A DNA stretch of 64,000 nt, taken from NCBI GenBank assembly GCA_051294375.1, contig CM119264.1, positions 30,756,091 through 30,820,090 on the forward strand. The letters run 5' to 3'. The position numbers were made by a program, and so were the translations under genes. The notes under the pieces were generated by a model. The model did no database searches. It was not told the origin of the DNA and saw nothing but the letters and a program-made list of their open reading frames with translations. Every line of letters starts with the position of its first letter. The first letter of the stretch is position 1. Source of the stretch: Paraspadella gotoi (Eukaryota; Animalia; Chaetognatha). Shown here in pieces: positions 41,131-53,098 of this stretch.

Positions 41131-43350
41131 TTTTCCCCAGGTGCCGAGAGAGAGAAGATTAACCCTGATTGAAAGGAATAGTCAACTTTATTTCGATTCA
41201 CAATCACTTTTCTGATAGGAATATCATAAAAAAGTTTCGCAGAAAGTCAACCATATTGATCTGGGCCATTCAGTCAGTCCGTCTGTCTGTCATCTCTCAC
41301 CCCGTTTTGACCAAAGTTTGATCCAGTTAGCGCAATAGAATCTTCATGGAGATGTGACTGTTCACGCGAGTTGAGTTTGCGAAAATCCCCAGAGAATCAC
41401 CTAAGGTAAAAAAAATAAATGACGATGAATAAATAATTATCTACTTAATTATGATCATAATCATTATTTTTGATCACCCCAAACTTCATCTATCATCATC
41501 CGCAGCAGCAAACAGCAGCGTCTTGGACTCACCGTGTATTGGCAGCAGCGGCGCCCGAAGACGAAGGGAAGTTGCCTCACCCGAGACGCCGCGAAAGTTA
41601 AGTCGGGTGATCTCTTCCTTTTGAAAGAATTAAGCGAAGAGATAGAAGAATGTGAAGAGGAATCCTGTTACCGGGATGTGGAAAAAGAAGGACAGAGTCG
41701 AAACAAGAGGAGAGTAAAAAGGAAGACATTGGAAGGGGGATGTAGAAAATTTGGGGATTGTGGAAAAAGGGGCAGATTTGGAAAAGGAGGGATGTGGGAA
41801 GAGAAGTGTGGCGAAAGCGGAAATGAAAAGAGAGAGGGGATTGAGTAAAAAATGGAAAGAGTGGAAAAAAAGAGGCGAAGATGGAAAAAGAGATGGAAGT
41901 GGAAATAAGGTTATGAAAGAGATTGAGTAGAAAAAGGGAATAATGGATTAAAGATAAATGAAATGGGCGGAATGGAAAAAAGGAAAGTGTGTTAAATTGT
42001 AGGAGTCGAGAAAAGGGGAAGTGGAAGATGAAGGAAGGAAAAAATATTAAAATTAAAATGGGGTGCAACTGTTAACTTCTCACCATCGAACAACAAAACC
42101 GGACGATCCGCTTTGAAAAAAAATGATTTCTCTTTTTTCAGAACGGGCGACCTACTTTGAAGGGCGTGAGCGTTGGCTTCGGTTTTTGCAGCACGGGAGC
42201 GTTGACGAGCGCGTGCCGCTAGATTCCATTGATGGAATCTCTGGGTGAGGTAAAAGGTAAGTATGAACGAGATTAGAGGAGATCGTGGAGAGAGAGAAGA
42301 GAGAGAGAGACGGACGAGAGAGAGAGAGAGAGACAGCCGAGAGAGAGAGAGAAAGAGAGGAGAGAGAGAAAGAGAGTAGATACTTGGATGGAATAATGGA
42401 ATTTCTTTTTTGTTTCCCTAGGATCCGACTTCGAAATCCCGCAGGAGAAATTAATTTCTCGAAATTAATTAAACGACACGACGACGGAGACGAAGACGAC
42501 TCGACGACGACCGACGACGACGACGACGCAACGAAAAAATAAGTCATTTTAATCGCGCCTCTTCCTCTTTTTTCTTGAGAAGAAGAAATACAGAAATCGG
42601 AGTTTGAGAAGAAAATGTATCTTTTCTGTCCTTTATTTTTCATTTCTTTGTTCTTTCTGTCCTTTATTTTTCTTCGTTCTCTTTCTGTCCTTTCCTTTTT
42701 TTTGTTTTTCTGTCCTTTTTCCTTTTCTTTGTTCTTTCGTCCTTTTTTCTTCTTTTGTTCTTTAGTCCTTTTTTTCTTTCTTTTGTTCTTTCTGTCCTTT
42801 TTTTCTTTCCTTTTGTTCTTTCTGTACTTTATTTTCTTGCCTACTTTTTGTCTTTAGTTTTCATTTTTAACACTTTATTTCATAAATCTTTCTAGTTTCC
42901 TGTTTGAATGGATACAGAGGCTGCTGTCAAAGGAGTATAGGTTCTATCTCGCTTGTTTGTCTTATCTCGCTGTTTGATCAAATTAGATTTTAAACCCGTT
43001 TTTATTTTCATAATTCTTTTCTTTCTTTTCTCCATTAATTTTTTTGCTTTTATTTTTCTTTTTATCACTTTTTTTTATTTCTCTCCAGTTACTACTAAAA
43101 AGTATTTCCTTCTATTGTTCTTTTCTTTCCTCCACTTTTCCTTATTTCGACCCCAACCCAAATTTCACCGAATGGCCTTGGGATCGTCTTGGGTGTCTCA
43201 AAGTGCTGTAAATGATTGACTGCACGACGGTCCAAGATTTTGCTGCGATTGAAGTCAAAAGATTTCGCACGAAAGTTCTGAGGATTCCGATGATTTTTTC
43301 TTCGGACGAAATCCCAGTGGAGCAGTGTTGGGTTTCATGAAAGGCGTTAT
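38280..43350 (-). CDS. Probable class C GPCR (GABA-B receptor-like): scattered exons with frameshifts (sequence errors or pseudogene)
   Basis: Minus-strand fragments in the expected N-to-C order: exon 41617-41533 with AG and GTGAGT boundaries encoding EEITRLNFRGVSG (VFT-end F.GVSG motif); DIPIRKVIVNRNKVDYSFQSGLIFSLSAPG (about 41225-41137, stalk/TM1); YRKTRAIMGHSP (about 39425-39390, ICL1 I..SSP-like); GYSKSLIL then LLFG...RTNISA (about 38460-38375, TM5/ICL3). Weaker candidate exons near 42.2 and 43.2 kb. Confidence 0.5.
39700..40350 (-). mobile_element. Degenerate non-LTR retrotransposon ORF2 fragment (region just upstream of RT)
   Basis: Frameshifted VWKGLQ, ATPDEFF, VTFREAT...MKVGKHPG resemble the F.F.EVT..EV...L..L...KAPG.D region of LINE ORF2 proteins. 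Confidence 0.4.
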
Positions 43351-43989
43351 CCGAACGATAAGGGATTATTAATCAAGCATTAAATTAATTAATTAATTAA
43401 TTTGTGGACTAGGATCTCCTGACCGTACGTTGATTTAACCAGTTGCGGTGACGATAATTTTCGAATATACTCAAATTAATTAACTTTATAATTCATCACA
43501 TAATTATAGAAAAGTTCCTCATAGTCAAAATGCCGGCCCAGGGATGTCGTATCTCGAAGGAGTTTTGATCCTAGACTGCCCGAAGATGCACCAAGGTCAA
43601 GAGATCCAGTCACACCATTAATTTATCGATATTTTATTGTATTTTATTTATTTATTTATGAAGGTCAAAGTCAGTAACGAATTTACGGAGTGTGATTGGT
43701 ATTTATTCCGAAAACATTGCAAAGCAAGTAATATTACGTTCCGATTGGACCCGTGCTCGGGATATATTTGCATATTTAAAATCCCTCCACTATCGTTTTG
43801 CCTAACAACTTCTCCTGTTCTTTTTACCAATCAATAACTCGAGAGCTCAGCCAATAGCCCATCGCCAAGAGCCGTTTGCACGACTCTTCCTATATAGTGT
43901 ACTCAGGGCTGTAATCAGTCATTGTCATCAGGAGGCGGACGCCTGCGTCAGCAGCGAGGCGCCTGATCGCTGGCAAGGGGTCGGGTGCC

Positions 43990-44720
43990 CTGTGGGGTAA
44001 GAGACGAGCGATTATTGGTAGGAGGGCGGCATGCGGGGAAAGCGGGAATTAACAGGCGGTACGGGCGGCCTGAGGAAAGGGGAGCCCGTGAATGCTACAG
44101 GGGGCAGGATGGGGAGACGAGGCGGGTCTCTAACCCAGGGCTCGTGTGGTCGGTAAACAGTGCGCGAATAGCTCAACAGGCATGCTGTCGAGGGCGCGAA
44201 CAAACATGCTTCCTGAAAATCATTGAGCGGAGTTGGTGGTAACAGCTGTGGTTGTCGATCAGGCAAGATCGTTCATCAGGCAGTCCGCACCCATTGCAAC
44301 GAGAATCCGCGCGATATAGGCGGCTGCATCTGTGATGGGCCTTCAGGATAATCTCGGGCGGTGAGTCTGGCACCATCCGACTGTCGTTGCATCGGCGTGT
44401 CTAGCATTTAGGCTCGTTTGTTGGCATCATGCGGTCATCGAAGGGTGGTCGGCCAAAAGGCAGCATTATTGGGTTTTGACTCCTACACCGGTGGTCAAAG
44501 AGGTACTTTCAGGCGGCCTGCAAACAGGCGGACCACATTTAGGCAGGCAAGATTGAATTAGAGGCGGTCGACCCAACTCGCCTTTATCCGGTAAACATTT
44601 GCGAATCTTCGGTGCAATCAGGCGTGATGCGGTCCGGCCATCAGGCCGTCCGTCGCTTAAATGGAAGGCTATATACATTAAACGCGGACTTGGATGTTCT
44701 CGAGTTTGTTTATCGGGAGA
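43990..44720 (-). mobile_element. Degenerate non-LTR retrotransposon C-terminus of the restriction-like-endonuclease class (R2/R4/NeSL-like)
   Basis: ADSRCNGCGLPDE...HSC...MIFRKH resembles the CCHC knuckle plus RH motif. HEPWVRD...GSPFLRP resembles the EP...LRPD nuclease motif. Confidence 0.4.
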
Positions 44721-45087
44721 ATTTCATACTCCGGATTTAACGGCTGACGGATGGGAAACGTTTAGAGAGGGAGACGATGGGAAGGGAGACGGATAGAAGA
44801 GGGGATGATGGAGTGAGAGCGCGCACGATAGAGAAGGAGATGATAGAAGAGGGAGACAAATGGAGGAGGGAGATGATGGAGAGGGAGACGACTGAGACGG
44901 GAGATGAATGCGAGAGCGGAGACGGATTGGAGGGGAGATATGGAGAGCGGAGCGATAGAGAGGGAAGACGATTGGAGAGGGAGACAATTGAAGTGACGGT
45001 GAAGATGTATAAGAACGAGAATTAATATTAAAAAATTGTGACGTCGTTTGCCCGCCTTGTCGTTCGTTTTTCTGCACTCTCTCTCGT

Positions 45088-45122
<35 letters not shown>

Positions 45123-45792
45123 TCTCTCTCTCTCCATCTCTCTCTCTTCTCTCTCTCTCACCTTTCACTAGCGACGATCCAAACATGAGGTCGTACTTCC
45201 CAAAAATGAGGCCTTGTTTTTTTCATTTCGCGCAAGAGATTTCCTCGGTGACGACGACGTTGTCCTCTACCTCGGAGCGAAGGCGTATGAGATACGGGCG
45301 CCACCGTCGCGCATCCACTGTAATGGAGGACAAAAGAACAACGCCTTATAAAGAAGCGTAACTTTACGGGGAGGAAATACAGAGAGTCCGCGCTCTAATG
45401 GGACTAACTCAAGCCGCTTTACAGCATGATCAACGGTTTATGATGGAGAATGAAAAAGAAGAGAATATAAATTTAGAAAGCGTGCATGTCCATTTTTTGG
45501 ACTCGAGACTAAAAAAGTCTGATAAAAATGCCTAACAGACCCCTGATGTTTTTCGCGCCGTTCCTTTTACAAAAAATTGAAACATTGGCCGCCCAGTTTA
45601 TCTGAATGCAATTCTCGTGATTGATGAAACATGTAGGATAGAGAAGCAAGATGTTCCCCACGNNNNNNNNNNNNNNNNNNNNNNNNNGATATGTTCACCC
45701 TGCCTGGAATTATGTCAACTACAGCCGTGACCCGGTGGCTCATTGAGTGATAACATCAGCACATGCTGGAGGGAGGTCGCTCGCTTTCTCGC

Positions 45793-45839
<47 letters not shown>

Positions 45840-46189
45840 AATAGGCTTTACGCGCAGCTGAAGCCTATCATAGATACACGTCAACAATTTTGTAAAATAA
45901 AATAAAAACAACCTTTTTTTTTCTAACAAATCCGGAGCTTATAAAATTTTAAACTGAAACCTAAGTCTTTGTTCGTAAAGATAATAAAGTATCAGTTGGT
46001 AATAGTAAATGTCCCACGGTCTCTATAGAGAATAGATTCAATTATTACAATTATCGAACACCCAACGAGATGAGTGGACATGAACATAGAAATTATTGTA
46101 AGAAATCCCAAACGCTGCAATATGTTAATGAGATTGATTAACTCTTTTCATACTGAATAACTTCATCTCTTAAAGAGAGAGTTAGTAGA

Positions 46190-46286
46190 GAAATAAATTG
46201 AAAGAGAGAAATAAAAAAAGATATGTGGAGAAATATAGAGACAGAGACAACAAATGATTGAGATAAAAAGGAGAAATCAAAAAGCG

Positions 46287-46300
<14 letters not shown>
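46190..46300. repeat. Diverged copy of a repeat of about 110 bp also at 1550-1650 and 2890-2990
   Basis: Shared tagagacagagacaacaaatgattgagataaaaagga...tcaaaaagcgaagtctctc. Confidence 0.85.
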
Positions 46301-46333
<33 letters not shown>

Positions 46334-46949
46334 CTCTCTCTCTCTCTCACCTCCTAATCTTGACATCGATGAACTCCGTATTGATGACAGTGAAGGCAGT
46401 GGAGACCCAGAGGATCGTCGTGTCCAGAAGGAGAAGGACTAAGAGGTAGACCGATGTAGTGAGAGGACGAAGCACGGGAGAGCAAAGGACTGAGACGGTC
46501 ACGAGGTTGCCAACCGTCCCGATGCAGCTGCAAAGGGAATTAGGGGTAAGTCGGGGTGGGTAAGAAATAGAAAAAAGAGACAGACGGACAAACGGACCAA
46601 AAACTGAATCACGTTAAGGGGTGGCTGAGTGCGGGAGGAAAGAAGAGGATCGAAATCGCGGCTACAATCGCGTTATTCTTCAATATGCAAATTATATTTG
46701 GGTTATTTTTCTTAAAAAGATCACTTTAGAAATTTTTTGTCATCTTATGACTTTTGCCTCATTTACGTCTTATTTGTCTTATTTTCTTTTCTTCTTTCTC
46801 TCTTCTCTCTCTTTTTCTTTCTTCCCCTCCTTCTCTCTCTCTCTCTATCTCTCTGGTCCTTTATTCCGCCGGCCGGTTCGTCGTCGTCGTCGTCATTGCT
46901 TCGTCGTCATCGTACGCGGCACCGTGACTCGACTCCAGCGGTTTCTTCA

Positions 46950-46991
<42 letters not shown>

Positions 46992-48419
46992 TTCATCGTC
47001 GTCATCATTATCGACGTCGTCGTCGATCGCCGGTCGGCCGTCGTCGCGGTCGTCGGTCGTCGACTTCGCGTCGCTTCCTTCTCGCGCATTCGATTTCTGC
47101 GTCAGCAAAAGAAGCGAAACTTTGGATTAAAAAAAATTTTAAAAAGGATTATTTCATCAGAAGAAAATAAGTTTAACAAACAAAATATAGAAAAAAAAAT
47201 ATTTTGGAAATTCACTCAAAGAAAATAAAATCTAAGATAAATTATTTTACAAAAACTTAAATTCTTTTAACCAAAATCCGTTTGTTAAAAATTAAAAGTA
47301 AAATTTTTTATCTTTTAACCATAGTAAAAGTCTTTCTTTTTCGTGTTTTGGGAGATTTAGAAAATTGTTTGACTTTTGTACAACGAATTTTATTATTAAT
47401 ATGCAGACATGTTTCTACTTAACAATTACGAGGTATTACTGTTTTACAAGTTTTACTTGTTTTACGCGCTTGATGGAAAGACTCGTAATTGTTGATTTGA
47501 AACATGTCTGCAGTGTGTGTGTGTGTGCGTTGTACAAAGTCAAAACAATTTTCTAAATTCTGTATAAGAAAATATGTCCATTTAAATTTCATTCACACGA
47601 AGGAAAACGAAACTATAACGAGCGCAAACCGGAATATGTACTAAATAAATTAATCCCATTAAAAAATTCACTTCAACCACAACCGCCATAAAAAACAAAC
47701 AAACAAAAAAAACACGAGGAAAATATTTTCCCACAAATGTTTTCGCGCCATTTTTTGTAAACGCTTCCTTCGCCCACCGACGCAGAAGCGGCCGGAGGAA
47801 ATCGACGCCCGCTCGAACCGGCGCCGCCCGAACCGGCGCCACGGCGATGGGGAACTTTTTGCAGCGGCGCCTTCATTGGTGTCTGTGACGCGAATTCCTC
47901 GGCTATCCAACGCCGGATGCCATCGGAACCAAGTCGTACGATTTCCACCCACTAGCGTCCATTGTTATTAGTGAGGCGTAGGAGAGAATGAGAGAGAGAA
48001 GAGAGACGATAGAAAGACGAGATAAGGAGAGAGAGAGAGAGAGATGGAGAGGAGAGAGAGACAGAAGAGNNNNNNNNNNNNNNNNNNNNNNNNNGAGGAA
48101 TTCGCGTCCACGACATCGATGACGGCGCCGCTCAAAAGTTCCATCGCCGTAGCGCCGGTTCGAGCGGCGTCGATTTCTCCGGCGCTACCGGCGTCGTGGG
48201 CGAAGGAAGCGTTTACAAAAAATGGCGCCGAAAACATTTGTGGGGAAAAATATTTTCCTCGTGTTTTTTTGTTTGTTTGTTTTTTATTGGCGGTTGTGGG
48301 TTGAAGTGAATTTTTATGGGAGTTTAATTTATTTAGTACATATTCCGGTTTGCGCTCGTTATATTCGATTTTCTTCGTGTGAATGAAATTTTAATGGGAC
48401 AATTTTCTTATACAAGATA

Positions 48420-48615
48420 TAGAAAATTGTTTGACTTTTGTACAACGAAATTTATTATTAATATGCAGACATGTTTCAAATCAATAATTACGAGTCTTCA
48501 TCAGCGCGTAAAAACAGTAAAACTGTAAAACAGTAATACTCGTAATTGTTGAGTCGAAACATGTCTGCATATTAATAATAAAATTCGTTGTACAAAAGTC
48601 AAACAATTTTCTAAA
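48420..48615 (-). mobile_element. Second Penelope-like pLTR palindrome (mirror copy at about 47357-47557)
   Basis: Local inverted repeat of about 75 bp: agaaaattgtttgacttttgtacaacgaa...gcagacatgtttc and gaaacatgtctgc...ttcgttgtacaaaagtcaaacaattttct. It overlaps a hammerhead motif. Confidence 0.65.
48465..48507 (-). ncRNA. Minimal type I hammerhead ribozyme (Penelope type); noisy mirror at 47466-47511 (+)
   Basis: Minus strand reads gcg-CTGATGA-A-GACTC-gtaattatt-GATTT-GAAA-CATG-TC-tgc, with stem I gcg/tgc. The opposite arm (48538-48568 +) keeps the unmutated ACTC...GAGTC-GAAACATGTC-tgc half. Confidence 0.7.
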
Positions 48616-48907
48616 TCTCCAAAACAACGAAAAAGAAAGAATTTTACCATGCATTATACAAGATAAAATTTTTACTTTTAATTTTTTACAAACGGATTTG
48701 GTTAAAAGATTTAAGTTTTGTAATAAATAAATTTATTTAGAATTTTATCTTCTTTTAGTGAACCGAAACTTTTTTTTTCTATATTTTGTTTGTTAACTTA
48801 TTTTATTCCTGATGAAATAATCCTTTTTTTTTCTTTTTTTTTTAATCCAAAGTTTCGCTTCTTTTGCTGACGCAGAATCGAATGCGCGAGAAGGAAGACG
48901 ACGACAG

Positions 48908-48938
<31 letters not shown>

Positions 48939-48992
48939 TGAAGAAAACGCTGGAGTCGAGTCACGGTGTCGCGTACGATGACGACGCAAGCA

Positions 48993-49029
<37 letters not shown>

Positions 49030-49338
49030 GAAAATAAAGGACCACGACAAGAATCACGACAACAACAACAACAACAACAAGAAAAAAAAACGACAAAGTA
49101 CTTCCCCTCTTCTCCTCCTCCTCCTCCTCCTCCCTTTGTAATAAAGAGCATAATTGAACATCGAAGTCAACAATAAACAAGAAACTTTATCACTTGGAAT
49201 CAAATTATGAGAACAAACGACGACGATGATGGCGACGATGATGTAATAATGACAGAGACAACAACATAAACATAAACAATGATGACAACTTCGTCGACTG
49301 AGATGAAGACAAGGACGCTGACAAAGTTGAAGTTAAAA

Positions 49339-49373
<35 letters not shown>

Positions 49374-49652
49374 TACGAACCGAGGACCATTATTCGCAGA
49401 TTTCCGTTTGTCTCCACATGAAAGCAAAAACATAAGAGACTCTCTCACTATGAGATGAGGTGAGATGAAAAGGGAAATAATTCAACATCAATTCAATCCA
49501 TCGGCTTAACTACATCAGTTTTACTACATCAAGTTTTACGACATCAGTTAAATGATCGACGACTGCTCCATTGACTTCTCAATCGATTTAAAACGAAACT
49601 TAATGCGAAAGATACAAAGGAGAGAAAGACAAAAGGAGGGAAAATATGGAAG

Positions 49653-49684
<32 letters not shown>

Positions 49685-50000
49685 AAAAATTTAAAAAAAT
49701 ATAGAGGGAAAGAAAGAAAGAAAAAGTAATTAAGAAAAGAAAATTAAAAAGGAAAAGAAAAGAAAAGAAAAGAAAAGAAAAGAAAAGAAAAGAAAAGAAA
49801 AGAGAAAAAGAGACAGTTGAGACTAAATTAAATTAAAAGAGAGAAAAGTCACAATTACTCAAGGAATTAAGTTGGTTAAAAGAACAGAATGTGGTTTCGT
49901 TAGTTGATTAAGAAAATTCTCAAGTCTTTTTCTGTTGCTTAACGAATTTGAAAAGAATTTAAAAGTTTAAATCCAAATTGATATATTGGTGTATATATAT

Positions 50001-50446
50001 AAACATAAGTTACCCTGCTACACTTTATTGCCTTAACATTTCTTTCTCAAATACACCAATATATAGCAAGATAGAGGGGCGTTTACCGCCACAGCTCTTC
50101 CCCATCCCCGTCGTCCCCTCCTCCTCATCCCCTCCTCCTCATCCCTCCGGCAACCCTCGGGCCGGGACCAAGGATTCACTCTCAGCTCAACTCACAAGTC
50201 GGGGCACAAGAAACCTCCCTCCCTCTCCCTCTTATTTTGTACATAACCGTCTTTACTATACTTTAGACTTATTAGACTCCATATCTTTACTTACCCCTTT
50301 TAACTGATGAGAGACTAGTTAGTACCTACCTTTAGCTAGATACCCATCTTCCCAGTATAGATATATATAGATATATATATATATATATTGGTGTATTTGA
50401 GAAAGAAACGTTAAGGCAATAAAGTGTAGCAGGGTAACTTATGTTT
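50001..50446. repeat. 65-bp near-perfect inverted repeats (50001-50065 and 50382-50446) enclosing a copy of the 5165-5442 repeat
   Basis: aaacataagttaccctgctacactttattgccttaac.tttctttctcaaatacaccaatatata and its reverse complement, one mismatch seen. Confidence 0.9.
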
Positions 50447-51797
50447 TATTTCATATGATATGGGGTTCTTTAATCTCATTTACATATTGTAGCCGTTTAG
50501 ATCCTATCTTATACGGTTTTCATAGAAGTCTTATTTTACTATTTACCATTTAAAGGAAATAAATGAAGACGTGACTTGTGGTTTTTTTACAGACCTGATC
50601 TTTTCTTTTCTTTCTTCACTTCTCTCTGGGTTTCTTTTTTCTTTTTACTTTTTTTTTCTTTTTTCCTATTTTTTCTTTTTTCCTTTCTATCTCTTTTTCT
50701 TTCTTTAAATTGACTTTCAAAAGAGATTCTTAATTAGAGATGGTAAGGTCAAGGACAACCCAACCCAAAGCTGCAGAAGAAGCCAGAGGAAGAGGAGAAT
50801 TTCCGACTGCAGATGAAGAACTCTCGGTAATATAATTGAAAAAGTAAGGGAATAATAATAAATAATAATAGATAATTAATAATAATTAATTATTAGATAT
50901 AAATAATAGTATACTTATAAATATAATAATATATGAGAATATGATGATTATAAGTTAGTATATTATTATTATTTAACTAAGTTATTATTATTTTACGGAT
51001 GTTAGATATTAGATTATGTAGTTCCGAGTTACTATTATATAAATGATATTACTTAATATTAATTTATATTATTACTAATCTAATTATTATTGATTATCCA
51101 TTATTATTATGTTTATTATATAATAATGACGGTTTCACGACTATGTTTTGTCTGTGGAATTCTCTCGATCTCTCATCTCTCTCGTCTCATGGTCCTTCAT
51201 CTTAAAAATCTAATCTCTCAAAAACCTCGTTTAAAAATTCTCCTAAAAACTCGTTTTCCTTGCATAATGCTAACGGTCAAGAGAATTGGGAATAGAAAAT
51301 AAATGAAACTAAAATTAAAATCCAATCTAAATCTTGTTTCACACTTCCACCCATTTTATGTTCTCTTTAATTTCGGAGATACTCTTCCTCCTCTTCCTCT
51401 TCCTCTTTCTCTTCTCCTCTCCACAATCAGCAATCAAGCTTGTAAAGATTCCCTCGATCCTTTCGATAAATTGGTTCACGTTTTAAAAACAGTAATCACT
51501 CGCTTGTCTTTCGTATCTGAGCTCAGATAGATGATAAGAATGCTTGCATAATTTATTCCTTTTTTAAAAGTGTCACAAAAACTTTGTTATACCTGTTTTA
51601 ACAAACATTTTTTCACTTCATTTTAAAACTCACCAACTATATAAGTTCCAAACTCACCTTTTTTTCCCACGAAATCTTTACTAAGTGATTTTGACTAAAC
51701 CAGTTTTTTAACTTAAAACTTATCTTTCTTTATTAGCTAAAGAGGCTTTAAAGGTAAGGGTTGGCCTTCATANNNNNNNNNNNNNNNNNNNNNNNNN

Positions 51798-52534
<737 letters not shown>

Positions 52535-52631
52535 CTAATTTTAATCTTGATTTGGTACTAGATTAAATCATTTTTTACAGCTGAATCGTTTTGTTTCTGT
52601 CATGAGAATAAAAACCGGACTTGTTCCGTTT

Positions 52632-52713
<82 letters not shown>

Positions 52714-53098
52714 CTCCCTCGGCCAAGGTCAACTTGTTTTTCTCTCAATAAAAAGGGTCCGACTTTTGAATTTTCATGAGAACTCCAGACTTCTTCCTCT
52801 ACATTATTCATTCCAATTACCTTAAATTTAAAAAGAAAAAATTATTCTTAATCAAGCAAAAAACTTCTTAATAATTATATATACGAATTTAAAAACTCCT
52901 TAGACATAAATGAAAATGTAAAAAGAATCAAAAAGATAATGTTTATCTAATTTTTAAAATACAGCTTTATAGAAGTTACTCTATATCAATAACCAAAATC
53001 CTATTTGTAAATGAAACTCAATTTTATTGCACAGTTCTCCGTTACATCATTCCACAGTATCCCAAAATCTCGAACTCGTTCCACAGTGATCGACAACG

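Larger units (their letters stand above)
46853..49044. repeat. Inverted repeat 4: arms about 46853-47900 and 48095-49044; spacer includes a 25-N gap
   Basis: ctgcgtcagcaaaagaagcgaaactttggattaaa (about 47097) mirrored at about 48841-48875. cgcgaattcctc (ending 47900) vs gaggaattcgcg (48095). Confidence 0.93.

Noticed and set aside
50740-51530. Possible exons MVRSRTTQPK...EELS and ...NQACKDSLDPFDKLVH
   Set aside because: I could not join them in phase through a credible acceptor, and I recognised no homology.
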